Shown one piece after another: positions 1 to 8,233 of a stretch of 64,000 nt of DNA. Source of the stretch: Squalus acanthias (lineage: Eukaryota); contig CM059432.1 of assembly GCA_030390025.1 (NCBI GenBank), positions 77,502,001 through 77,566,000 of the forward strand, given 5' to 3'. The notes beneath the pieces were generated by a model that saw nothing but the letters and a program-made list of their open reading frames with translations, had not been told where the DNA came from and searched no databases. A program made the position numbers and the translations under genes. Positions within the stretch are counted from its first letter, which is position 1; every line of letters begins with the position of its first letter.

Positions 1-430
1 TGACCTGGCACTCGAGATAATCTATTCTTGTTTTAAGGTGACTGGAGATTTCCTGGCTTTCTTGGTGCAACTCATTTAACTTCTTAATGAGCACTTCCCC
101 TCCAGAAACCTTCTCATCCATTTCTCCCTCTAAATGACTGATTCGAGCTACTAGCGCTGTAATGGTCTGGTTTGAAATCTGAACCTGCCTTTTGTAACAC
201 ATAAGCCAGACTGCTTTCTCAAGTGTCTTTCTATGTTCTTTACTATCTGTCCACCTTTCGGCTGCCTCTAGCGGGCTTTTATCCGCTAACAATTCACTTA
301 TCCATTTCTTAGTTAAATTAACCTTTCCGAACACATAATCTGCTATCTTTTCCTGCATAACATTTCGTACAGTCATTCCAAAGTCTAACACACTACCCTC
401 TCGCTGCCAGTGTCCTGCCGCGGTCGCCAT
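1..430 (-). CDS. gag: 5' part of gag of the next tandem unit (truncated by window edge)
   Basis: Near-identical to 7685-8114; ATG at 430 corresponds to ATG at 8114 (offset 7684). Confidence 0.88.
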   Translation of the reverse strand, partial: MATAAGHWQREGSVLDFGMTVRNVMQEKIADYVFGKVNLTKKWISELLADKSPLEAAERWTDSKEHRKTLEKAVWLMCYKRQVQISNQTITALVARISHLEGEMDEKVSGGEVLIKKLNELHQESQEISSHLKTRIDYLECQV

Positions 431-549
431 TTTCTGTAAGGGATTCTGACCCTGCGTGTCTCGCAGCCTGTGAGATTCACGCGGCTCTGTGCAGCCTGTA
501 TGTCAGTGCGGGTCTAGGCCTTGTTGCCTGTTCTGGTCTCCAGCCAGTC

Positions 550-2090
550 TGGGAACACTAGACACACCTGTGAGTGGTTCGAATCACTCGCCCTTACGGT
601 TCTAGACACTGGACTTAGATGCGAGAGCAGTAATGGAGATGAAACTCATGTAGACTCGGTTGAATGGTACGAAATGGAAAATCTTTATTGCATGATACTT
701 AAGATTATGAAATACATGTCATAAGCACAGATTAATGACAGTACAATCTTACAAGCAGTTATATAGTCGATCTTAGGGAAACGAGGAACGAACGGCACAT
801 AGTAAATAGGGGCACACATTACAAATATCCTTAATCCTTAAACCCTCCCCTATCAATATCTATCCTAACTAGATTCGTAGGATTTCGAGACTCATGCTCA
901 CCACTCGTGATAACTCGGAGAAATTCCGAATAGCTGATCGGATGTTTTTCACCGCAGCACCCACGTGTCGGTCAGGAGATCTCCTGGTCCCACTTGTTTA
1001 CTTGCTTCTGCTGCTCCGGCTAGCAGGCTGGACCGTCTGCTGTGATGAAGACCTGTGTTGGTTGGTTTAACAGGTACTTTCCGAGCACAGTTGTCAATAT
1101 CATCGATGTGATATGTTCTTTGCAAGTTCGAAGAAGTCTTCCTGGCAAGGAAAACTTGGCTATTCGACCTACAGGCGCGGTCGGGATTTACTGACCGTGG
1201 CGATGGATATGGTCTTCCTCTCTTCTCATCTCATCTCATCTCATCTCGGGCCTTTGGTTCCGCTGCCAGTTACCAACATAGGTCTTCGTTACGCGACACG
1301 AGGTAGATCCGAATGGATCAGAAAGTTCAACAGTCTTTTTCAAAAAGGCAACAGGCAAGCAGGAGCCCGACTACGAGTACACAGGAGCAGCCACGAGGTT
1401 ACGAAATAAGATAAGAGCACAGGAGCAGCCACGATGATAAGAGTCGATCGGATAAGAGAAAGATGGACGGTTTGGAGCCTGCAATTATAGTGCAAAATCT
1501 TCCGTTTCCCGCCCAACCTTAATGTCCATTCTTTTGTTTAGGGTCTGGCGCTCAAATGTCTTGTATGGGTGATCTCCGTTCTTAATGGGTTTCGGGGCTA
1601 CTCGTAAATGTCTGAGTACCTGTTAATATTTCTCCCATTGTTAAATCGGTCGGTGTTCTCCCTGGAGGGGTTGTGGGGCTTCCAAGTGTTTTGTATAACT
1701 ACCTGCTAACGGCTCTCTCATCGTAGAGTCGTTGGGATTTTACATATTAATGTCTTTTGGATGGGCCCTTGATTACTCGGTACAATAGCTTTCATTTGTA
1801 CCTGGGAGACCGATTTCAGTATTTATGTGTATACTGCAAACCCATAATGTCTCGTGTATTATCTTCACTGTGCTGAATCTTAATCGATCTTGCACAAATG
1901 TTTATTGGAACGCCATCTTGTCTGCCTGTTGAAAAGTCTAGAATGTTCTGTCACGAGGTGCGGCGGCCATTTTACAGGCTGCTTGTGTCCACTTTAAACC
2001 TGGCAGCATTCTGCTGAAATAAAAGCTGTTTGAACGAAACTCTGTGTTTTCTCCTTATTAATAAAATCGCGATATATTGCGAATTCTACA
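550..2090 (-). repeat. LTR shared between tandem units (~1.5 kb; U5 end uncertain, ~550-569)
   Basis: Starts TGT at 2090 directly after PPT; AATAAA at 684-689 (minus); copy at ~8234-9775. 3' boundary is inferred only. Confidence 0.72.
684..689 (-). promoter_or_regulatory. Polyadenylation signal AATAAA in LTR (also 8368-8373)
   Basis: Plus-strand TTTATT about 120-135 nt from the inferred LTR 3' end. Confidence 0.6.
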
Positions 2091-2102
2091 GTCCCTCCTG
2101 TT
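2091..2102 (-). promoter_or_regulatory. Polypurine tract
   Basis: Minus strand AACAGGAGGGAC immediately precedes the TGT LTR start; absent next to the outer LTR at 9775. Confidence 0.7.
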
Positions 2103-2540
2103 GATGCGAATAACTCCGCTTATCGTATCAAAAATCATAGTGGTGAGCAATATTATCTCGATTTCTCTCCGAATCCAGCAAATTAATCCCATAACTTTAA
2201 CCTAGCTAGGGTCTCTGTGTCGTCCTCATTTCCCAAGAAAATTACATTTTATATCACCGTAGGCATTATTTGCCCTTAAACTTACACCACTTGTTTTCCT
2301 TCCCGGCGTAACCAGGCCGATGCCTCTCGTATCACCTGTATATTCATCTTTTATTCAGGGAAAGGAAAAACAAAACCCAAAACCAAACAATCAATTCTAA
2401 CTGTAACACCATCACCAAAATAATCAACACCAACTCTTAAAACATGTCGAGTTCCAAACGTATGTACAATCTCTGAAAATCATGATCGAGTACAAACTTC
2501 CGCGGCGCACGTGGCGAGCGGGAGTGACGCCATTTTCCGA

Positions 2541-4892
2541 TTACACGGTGCTTTCATCGTGCACGCGCACGTAACGTTCTCGCCACTCTCCCGTGTTTTC
2601 ATGCTTGGTGAGGCGTTTGTCTCTTTTACAATGTACGACCAATAGGTACACTACAATAAACACTTGGCATACGACTAAAATGTGGGAGGCTATTCTGATC
2701 CATGAAGGCACTTCAATATTAGTGAACAGATTCCACCACGGTGGAACTACTATATCCAAAATGTCTGTTCCTATTTCGACAGTTTTCTGCTCTAATGTGT
2801 AAAAATGTTTCTGTGACACCGCGACGGCTTTTAAAAGTTTGGTGAGGTGTTCAGGGAGAGGGGGAATGAGGTATCCAAAATGCGCGACGAATCGCTGCAA
2901 GTCGGTGAAATTCTCTTTTACTGTGAGATGAACAGTGGATGGTTCAGGGATTGGGATAATTCGCTGTTGTGCTACTTGAACTTCCGCCCTGGGTTTAAAA
3001 CAGAAACTGCTGTCACTCACCGGACACCGGCTACGGTTTCCATGCTGGTAGTGTTGCGCTGCAGTGGTAACACAATATGTTCCACCCCCGATGTATGCTA
3101 CCTGCGGAGGCACATGATCTTGTGCCATTGCCTCCATGGTGCAATTCATGGACTTGGCGCCAGTCGTTCTGAACCCGCACTGTGGTGTTAAAAAGGCATT
3201 CAAGTGCTGGGGGCACAGTATTATGTGTGCTCCCCTGCCACGACAACCAGAGAGATCTGTACCTGTCATCGTTTGCTCCCAGCGGATGACGTAAGGTGGA
3301 ACCGCTGCGTAACGAATGTGGGCTCCCCCCTGAATGACACCAATGTTCTCTACCCGATATACCGGGGCGGGCTTTGCTGTGTCGCCCAAAACCGGCATGC
3401 GTAATACTATTCCCATAATAGTATGGTTTGAACGTCCGCAGTCCACGGGGACTGGGTAAGCTTCTGAAGCTAGCCTGAGCTGGCACGGACTTAATGCGTT
3501 CTGAAAAGGGTGGAGCGCCCGCAGGTGTTTGTTACTTATCCAGGACGGAACCAAACCTTGTTTTAAATCCTCCAAATTACTGCGGCCCTCGCCCAGTAAC
3601 CACGCCCCGTAAAGCACGCACACCTCGTTCTGCGCAGCTTGATCGGATGCATTCCGATCTTCCCTAATCAGGGCATTTACCGTCTTTGCATGTTTCTCCA
3701 ACTCTGCTATAATTTCCTTTAAATGGAGAGTCATGGCTTGGTCCTCGTGTAAACCTGACCCTACCACTTTATTCTCATCTGTTAGAATGTCTTTTAATTG
3801 TGTCTTTAAACCATTAATCTGGGTCTGCAGCTCCACACTGTCTAGAGCGTTGACCACAGATGTACCCGTGTTAAAAGCAGTGAACGCATCGTTCACCAAA
3901 CCCCTTCTTTGCCTCCCTGCTTGATTCAGAACTTCCTGTGGTGCGGTGTACAAACTTGTTTTATCAATTTCCGCGAAATCGAATTCGTAAAATTGTCTGA
4001 ACATCTTGGTCAACAGGACCTGATACAACTGTTCCGTCTTTTTGGGGCACCACTCTGGTAACCGCACCTCGGTGAGATTTAAAATCACCGAGGCCACCGC
4101 GTAATGTACTCCCTGAAATAGTATCTGGTCTGTGGGGACCAGTACCAAACCATTCCCGGGTCCCTTACTAGTTTTAGGGCACCCTTCTTCCTCAGCTAGA
4201 ACCACCGGAATCGTGGGCGGGGCTTTGCGTGGGCGCGTAATGAGCTCAGTGGCATTTACTGGGATCGGGGAGAATGGGGCTCCGCACCCCCTGGTGCTCG
4301 CATCCCACCTCATCCCCTGTCCGTTATCCTGCCATTGATTAATGAAAAATATGGAGATGCCTTTGGGGCAAACGTACTTTGACCCCCACATACATACATA
4401 AATTCCCTCGTCCGGTTCCCACCATTTGTCCCAACAGACTTTCACTTGTCCGTTTGTCCCCGTAATTGTCCGATGGGTATTATTACCCAGTCGTTCCCAC
4501 TCGACCGAAGAGTTCCTCATAGTTTTGCTCAGCTTTCGCAGCCACCACCATCGGCTCAATGGGACCTTCCCACTACAAGTCAAACAAATCCGTTTGCCGA
4601 CGGTGACGCTAATCCTGGGTGCGATGATCCTTACTTTGGGGCACATTAAAGAAGTCTCTTTGTAGGCAAACCCCGATGTGCTAGAATACTCCGTTGAGTT
4701 CGTTCCCAGCCATCCTGGCCACCTTCCCTTGTGGAAATAGGTGCTGGTCTCCTCTGCCTCCCGTCTTCCGGTCCCATCCACCGCGATGGGGGCCGTGTCC
4801 CCGGAACATCCAAACACCACGACATCCTTGGTGCGGCCTCGATAGGCCAATCCACATCCGATTGCCACGAGCAATACTAGAATTCGTTCCAT
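2541..4892 (-). CDS. env: Envelope glycoprotein, ~783 aa from ATG 4892: signal peptide, Ig-like domain, furin site, F-like class I fusion subunit, TM anchor
   Basis: MERILVLLVAIGCGLA signal-like segment; LTC..WWW..DEGIYVC Ig motif; RQRR/GLVNDAFTAF at 3903-3914; heptad repeats; Cys-rich region; C-terminal hydrophobic ILVVCQVFIVVYLLVV; many N-x-S/T sites. ORF track opens at GTG 5075. Confidence 0.85.
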   Translation of the reverse strand: MERILVLLVAIGCGLAYRGRTKDVVVFGCSGDTAPIAVDGTGRREAEETSTYFHKGRWPGWLGTNSTEYSSTSGFAYKETSLMCPKVRIIAPRISVTVGKRICLTCSGKVPLSRWWWLRKLSKTMRNSSVEWERLGNNTHRTITGTNGQVKVCWDKWWEPDEGIYVCMWGSKYVCPKGISIFFINQWQDNGQGMRWDASTRGCGAPFSPIPVNATELITRPRKAPPTIPVVLAEEEGCPKTSKGPGNGLVLVPTDQILFQGVHYAVASVILNLTEVRLPEWCPKKTEQLYQVLLTKMFRQFYEFDFAEIDKTSLYTAPQEVLNQAGRQRRGLVNDAFTAFNTGTSVVNALDSVELQTQINGLKTQLKDILTDENKVVGSGLHEDQAMTLHLKEIIAELEKHAKTVNALIREDRNASDQAAQNEVCVLYGAWLLGEGRSNLEDLKQGLVPSWISNKHLRALHPFQNALSPCQLRLASEAYPVPVDCGRSNHTIMGIVLRMPVLGDTAKPAPVYRVENIGVIQGGAHIRYAAVPPYVIRWEQTMTGTDLSGCRGRGAHIILCPQHLNAFLTPQCGFRTTGAKSMNCTMEAMAQDHVPPQVAYIGGGTYCVTTAAQHYQHGNRSRCPVSDSSFCFKPRAEVQVAQQRIIPIPEPSTVHLTVKENFTDLQRFVAHFGYLIPPLPEHLTKLLKAVAVSQKHFYTLEQKTVEIGTDILDIVVPPWWNLFTNIEVPSWIRIASHILVVCQVFIVVYLLVVHCKRDKRLTKHENTGEWRERYVRVHDESTV

Positions 4893-5180
4893 CCTTCCTT
4901 GGTTCCTGTGATCAGATAGAATGAGGTAGCCAGCCTCGCAAGAGTCTCTGGCTTTTGTGAAGGGTGAGCGGGTCCCCTGACCTCGCCTCACGTAAACTTC
5001 AACGTTCGCTGAATAAACTTTAACTAAACCTATCTTTAAAGCTCCCATCATTTTATCGTTTTCTGTTAAAAACACTACAATCTTAACCTTATCAAAAAAC
5101 TATAAACTTAACCTTGAACTATTAACTTAAAACTTAAAACTTATAACTTTACAGTGCCGCCCGTTCTCAGGGCGGCCCCT

Positions 5181-6302
5181 TTAAATTCTGAGAAGGCTGC
5201 TGCGAGCTCTTCCCGACGGTGGGAGGGCACTGACCCTTCCCTCTGATCTGCCGCAGCCTGTTGCTGCTGCGATGTGGCCGGCCTGTATCTGGGTTATCTT
5301 AACCTTAACTCTACGCCTTGGGGCAGTCTGGGGACATGACCACATCCTCCTGGGCTGGGGTTCTCTACTTGACCTACGGGGAGTTGCTATGGGCGGGGGT
5401 TCCGTGACGGACGGACCGGGTTCCGAGACTTCCATCGGGATGACCTGGGGTTCCATCACAGTCGCTGGCTCCGCCTCCGCTGACTCCGCCTCCCTAACCT
5501 CGGGGCTTGCAGTTTGTGGCCCCGCCCTGCTTGGCCCAGCAGGCGGCCCTTCACTCGTGATCTCTGCCTCCCCCGAGGACGGGACGTTCAAAGCGGGCGG
5601 CCACATCTCTGGGAGCCACACCGGTACTCTCTGTGCTCCCATAGCGGCTGGCCCTGCCTCCCCTAGCTCCTCCCTCCTGTCTTCGGGACCTGCAGCTTGT
5701 GTGTCCACCCTGTGTGGATCTCTACCTGCAGCCCCCGTTCCCTCCATATCGTAAATGGGACCGTTCCTGAGAAACCACCCGTCGTCATCACTATTCTCAT
5801 CTGCACTGTCCTCATCTGACCCGGGTACCCTGAATTCTTCCTCATCTAACCCCCAATTCCAGAAAAACGCTGCATGATCTTCCGGGATGTCCCTTCCCCT
5901 GATGCAAGCTGCTATGCCTGCCTGTGTGCCTTGTGGTCCTACCTGGGGCTGTGCTTTCCCACTGGCGGGATTTACCCCTGTAGTTTTCCCTTGCGCACCT
6001 GGCTGGTACAGTTTGCATTGGTTTACATCCTCATACTCCCGGCTTTTGGCTACCCTGTAGGCTGCTTTTATCTCTCTAAGCTGCGCTTCTAGCCTGAGCA
6101 CGTCTAACTTTCCCATTGATCGGGCGTTCTCCTCCCGCAGGGCCTGCTCTCTAAGCTGCCCTTCCAGCCCATCTATTTTCCCTATTAAGCGGGCGTTCTC
6201 CTCCCGCAAGGCCTGCTCTTTTAACCTGGCCTCCTCACCGCAGACCCCCTCCTGTGCGTGTCTTTTAAAAGGACACAGGTAGGCAGGCTGCGTGGGCTCT
6301 AG
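5181..6302 (-). CDS. ORFX: unknown coiled-coil + acidic + Pro-rich protein, in frame with gag (probable readthrough extension)
   Basis: Open from the codon after the gag TGA (6302) to TAA at 5181; the ORF-track start at 6209 is TTG, not ATG. Confidence 0.75.
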   Translation of the reverse strand, partial: LEPTQPAYLCPFKRHAQEGVCGEEARLKEQALREENARLIGKIDGLEGQLREQALREENARSMGKLDVLRLEAQLREIKAAYRVAKSREYEDVNQCKLYQPGAQGKTTGVNPASGKAQPQVGPQGTQAGIAACIRGRDIPEDHAAFFWNWGLDEEEFRVPGSDEDSADENSDDDGWFLRNGPIYDMEGTGAAGRDPHRVDTQAAGPEDRREELGEAGPAAMGAQRVPVWLPEMWPPALNVPSSGEAEITSEGPPAGPSRAGPQTASPEVREAESAEAEPATVMEPQVIPMEVSEPGPSVTEPPPIATPRRSSREPQPRRMWSCPQTAPRRRVKVKITQIQAGHIAAATGCGRSEGRVSALPPSGRARSSLLRI

Positions 6303-8114
6303 TCATTGGGTACTATTAGACGGTCCTGCGGCACCTACGGGGCCGGTTGCGACCGCCACCTGTCCACGCGCATTCAAGATTAGATTGCGCATGGCTCCTA
6401 ACACTACTTCGAGGTCGTCAGGAGGGGTGGGTGCCTTAGCTTCCTTAGCCGGGACAGGCGCCTGGGCTCGGACCGCGGGATTTTTATCCTTGGAATCCTT
6501 CCAAGGGTTCCTGCAATGCTTGCGCCAGTGCCCTGTCTTCCCACACCCGTAACAAGCATTACCTGCCTGTGGGGCGCGATTACCCTCCTGATGCCACTCT
6601 CTTTGATACGGGGCTGCGGGTCGTACCTCATGTACTCTTCCCTTAAGGGGACGTGTTGCCATACCCCTTATATTGCGATATCCTAACGTGAGTCGATTCA
6701 AGACCGACTCTTCCGTAATGTTGGGGTCATTGGGATCAAACCATGCTTTTGCCTGCTCTCTGACGGCTGGTAAACTGTTGGCTATTATGCACCTAAGCCA
6801 ATGAGTTAAAGCGGTGCCTTCCACATCTTCGCGCTCTGGCGCACCTAGGCAGCTGCGCTCATAAACTGGCCACAGCCTGTCGGCAAAAACCTTCGGGGGT
6901 TCTCCCTCCATCTGCACTGTCTGTCCCACTCTAGCAAACGGACCTTCATCGTTCGCCCCCAACACTTCCAGGACCTCATCCCTCAATTCCTCATAAGTCT
7001 TGGTTCCCCTCTTGCTCTCGCCTGAGAGACACTGAAGAACCGAGCTGTCTAGTGAGAACAGCAGCATTTTTGCTGTCTCCCCATCATCGCAGCCGTTAAT
7101 GGCTGCGGCTTGCTCAACTTCTCTGAAATGTACGGAAGGGTCGTCTGACTCGGTCAGCTTCCGTACGTGATTTATCATAGCTCTCAGCTGGTGTGAGCTG
7201 TGAGGCAACACCAGCTGTCCGAGGAGATCCCCCGGTTCTTCCCCACCGTTTCTGTTTGGGCCCCTTTTAATGCCCGTTACTGGATACAACGGTCCCTTTC
7301 CTACTTCTTTTTCAATGGGCTCTTTTGTTTCTTCCATTGCTTCCTCCCTTACCCAGGTTTCCGAATAGCTGGGTGGCGCGGAGGGCGCAGTGGCTACTAC
7401 TTCTTCTGCTTTGCTTGGTGGGGATTTCTTAAACTTCTCACTTACTAGCGGCTGGTGTGCTGACGGACTGATCAGGCACACCATGCCGTTCGCTTTGTTT
7501 ACGGCCTTCTTGAGGTGCTCTATCTCCCTTTGGCAGGCGCTATGGTCGGCTCCCTCAAACTTATCCTCAAGGGCCAACTTATATGCCGCCCTAACCCCCG
7601 TTAAGCTCTCTTCTTGAGTTCTTATCTGGGCAGCTTGGCGGTTACATCTTTCCTTTAACCTGCTCTCATTCAACTTTGCCTCAGTGACCTGGCACTCGAG
7701 ATAATCTATTCTTGTTTTAAGGTGACTGGAGATTTCCTGGCTTTCTTGGTGCAACTCATTTAAATTCTTAATGAGCACTTCCCCTCCAGAAACCTTCTCA
7801 TCCATTTCTCCCTCTAAATGACTGATTCGAGCTACTAGCGCTGTAATGGTCTGGTTTGAAATCTGAACCTGCCTTTTGTAACACATAAGCCAGACTGCTT
7901 TCTCAAGTGTCTTTCTATGTTCTTTACTATCTGTCCACCTTTCGGCTGCCTCTAGCGGGCTTTTATCCGCTAACAATTCACTTATCCATTTCTTAGTTAA
8001 ATTAACCTTTCCGAACACATAATCTGCTATCTTTTCCTGCATAACATTTCGTACAGTCATTCCAAAGTCTAACACACTACCCTCTCGCTGCCAGTGTCCT
8101 GCCGCGGTCGCCAT
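6303..8114 (-). CDS. gag: Gag-like protein, 603 aa
   Basis: N-terminal coiled coil, PPSY late-domain-like motif, capsid-like central region, CCHC knuckle CYGCGKTGHWRKHC at 6513-6554; first ORF after the LTR. Confidence 0.88.
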   Translation of the reverse strand: MATAAGHWQREGSVLDFGMTVRNVMQEKIADYVFGKVNLTKKWISELLADKSPLEAAERWTDSKEHRKTLEKAVWLMCYKRQVQISNQTITALVARISHLEGEMDEKVSGGEVLIKNLNELHQESQEISSHLKTRIDYLECQVTEAKLNESRLKERCNRQAAQIRTQEESLTGVRAAYKLALEDKFEGADHSACQREIEHLKKAVNKANGMVCLISPSAHQPLVSEKFKKSPPSKAEEVVATAPSAPPSYSETWVREEAMEETKEPIEKEVGKGPLYPVTGIKRGPNRNGGEEPGDLLGQLVLPHSSHQLRAMINHVRKLTESDDPSVHFREVEQAAAINGCDDGETAKMLLFSLDSSVLQCLSGESKRGTKTYEELRDEVLEVLGANDEGPFARVGQTVQMEGEPPKVFADRLWPVYERSCLGAPEREDVEGTALTHWLRCIIANSLPAVREQAKAWFDPNDPNITEESVLNRLTLGYRNIRGMATRPLKGRVHEVRPAAPYQREWHQEGNRAPQAGNACYGCGKTGHWRKHCRNPWKDSKDKNPAVRAQAPVPAKEAKAPTPPDDLEVVLGAMRNLILNARGQVAVATGPVGAAGPSNSTQ

Positions 8115-8233
8115 TTTCTGTAAGGGATTCTGACCCTGCGTGTCTCGCAGCCTGTGAGATTCACGCGGCTCTGTGCAGCCTGTATGTCAGTGCGGGTCTA
8201 GGCCTTGTTGCCTGTTCTGGTCTCCAGCCAGTC

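Noticed and set aside
1113..1409. 98-aa plus-strand ORF in the LTR
   Set aside because: Frameshifted in the second LTR by an extra CTCAT unit; antisense to the element; no motifs.
4893..5075. N-terminal 61 codons of the 844-aa Env ORF
   Set aside because: Starts at GTG and precedes a splice-acceptor-like site and a better ATG followed by a signal peptide.
5272..5754. 160-aa antisense ORF with a hydrophobic N-terminus
   Set aside because: Shadow of GC-rich ORFX; no independent support, though an antisense product cannot be fully excluded.
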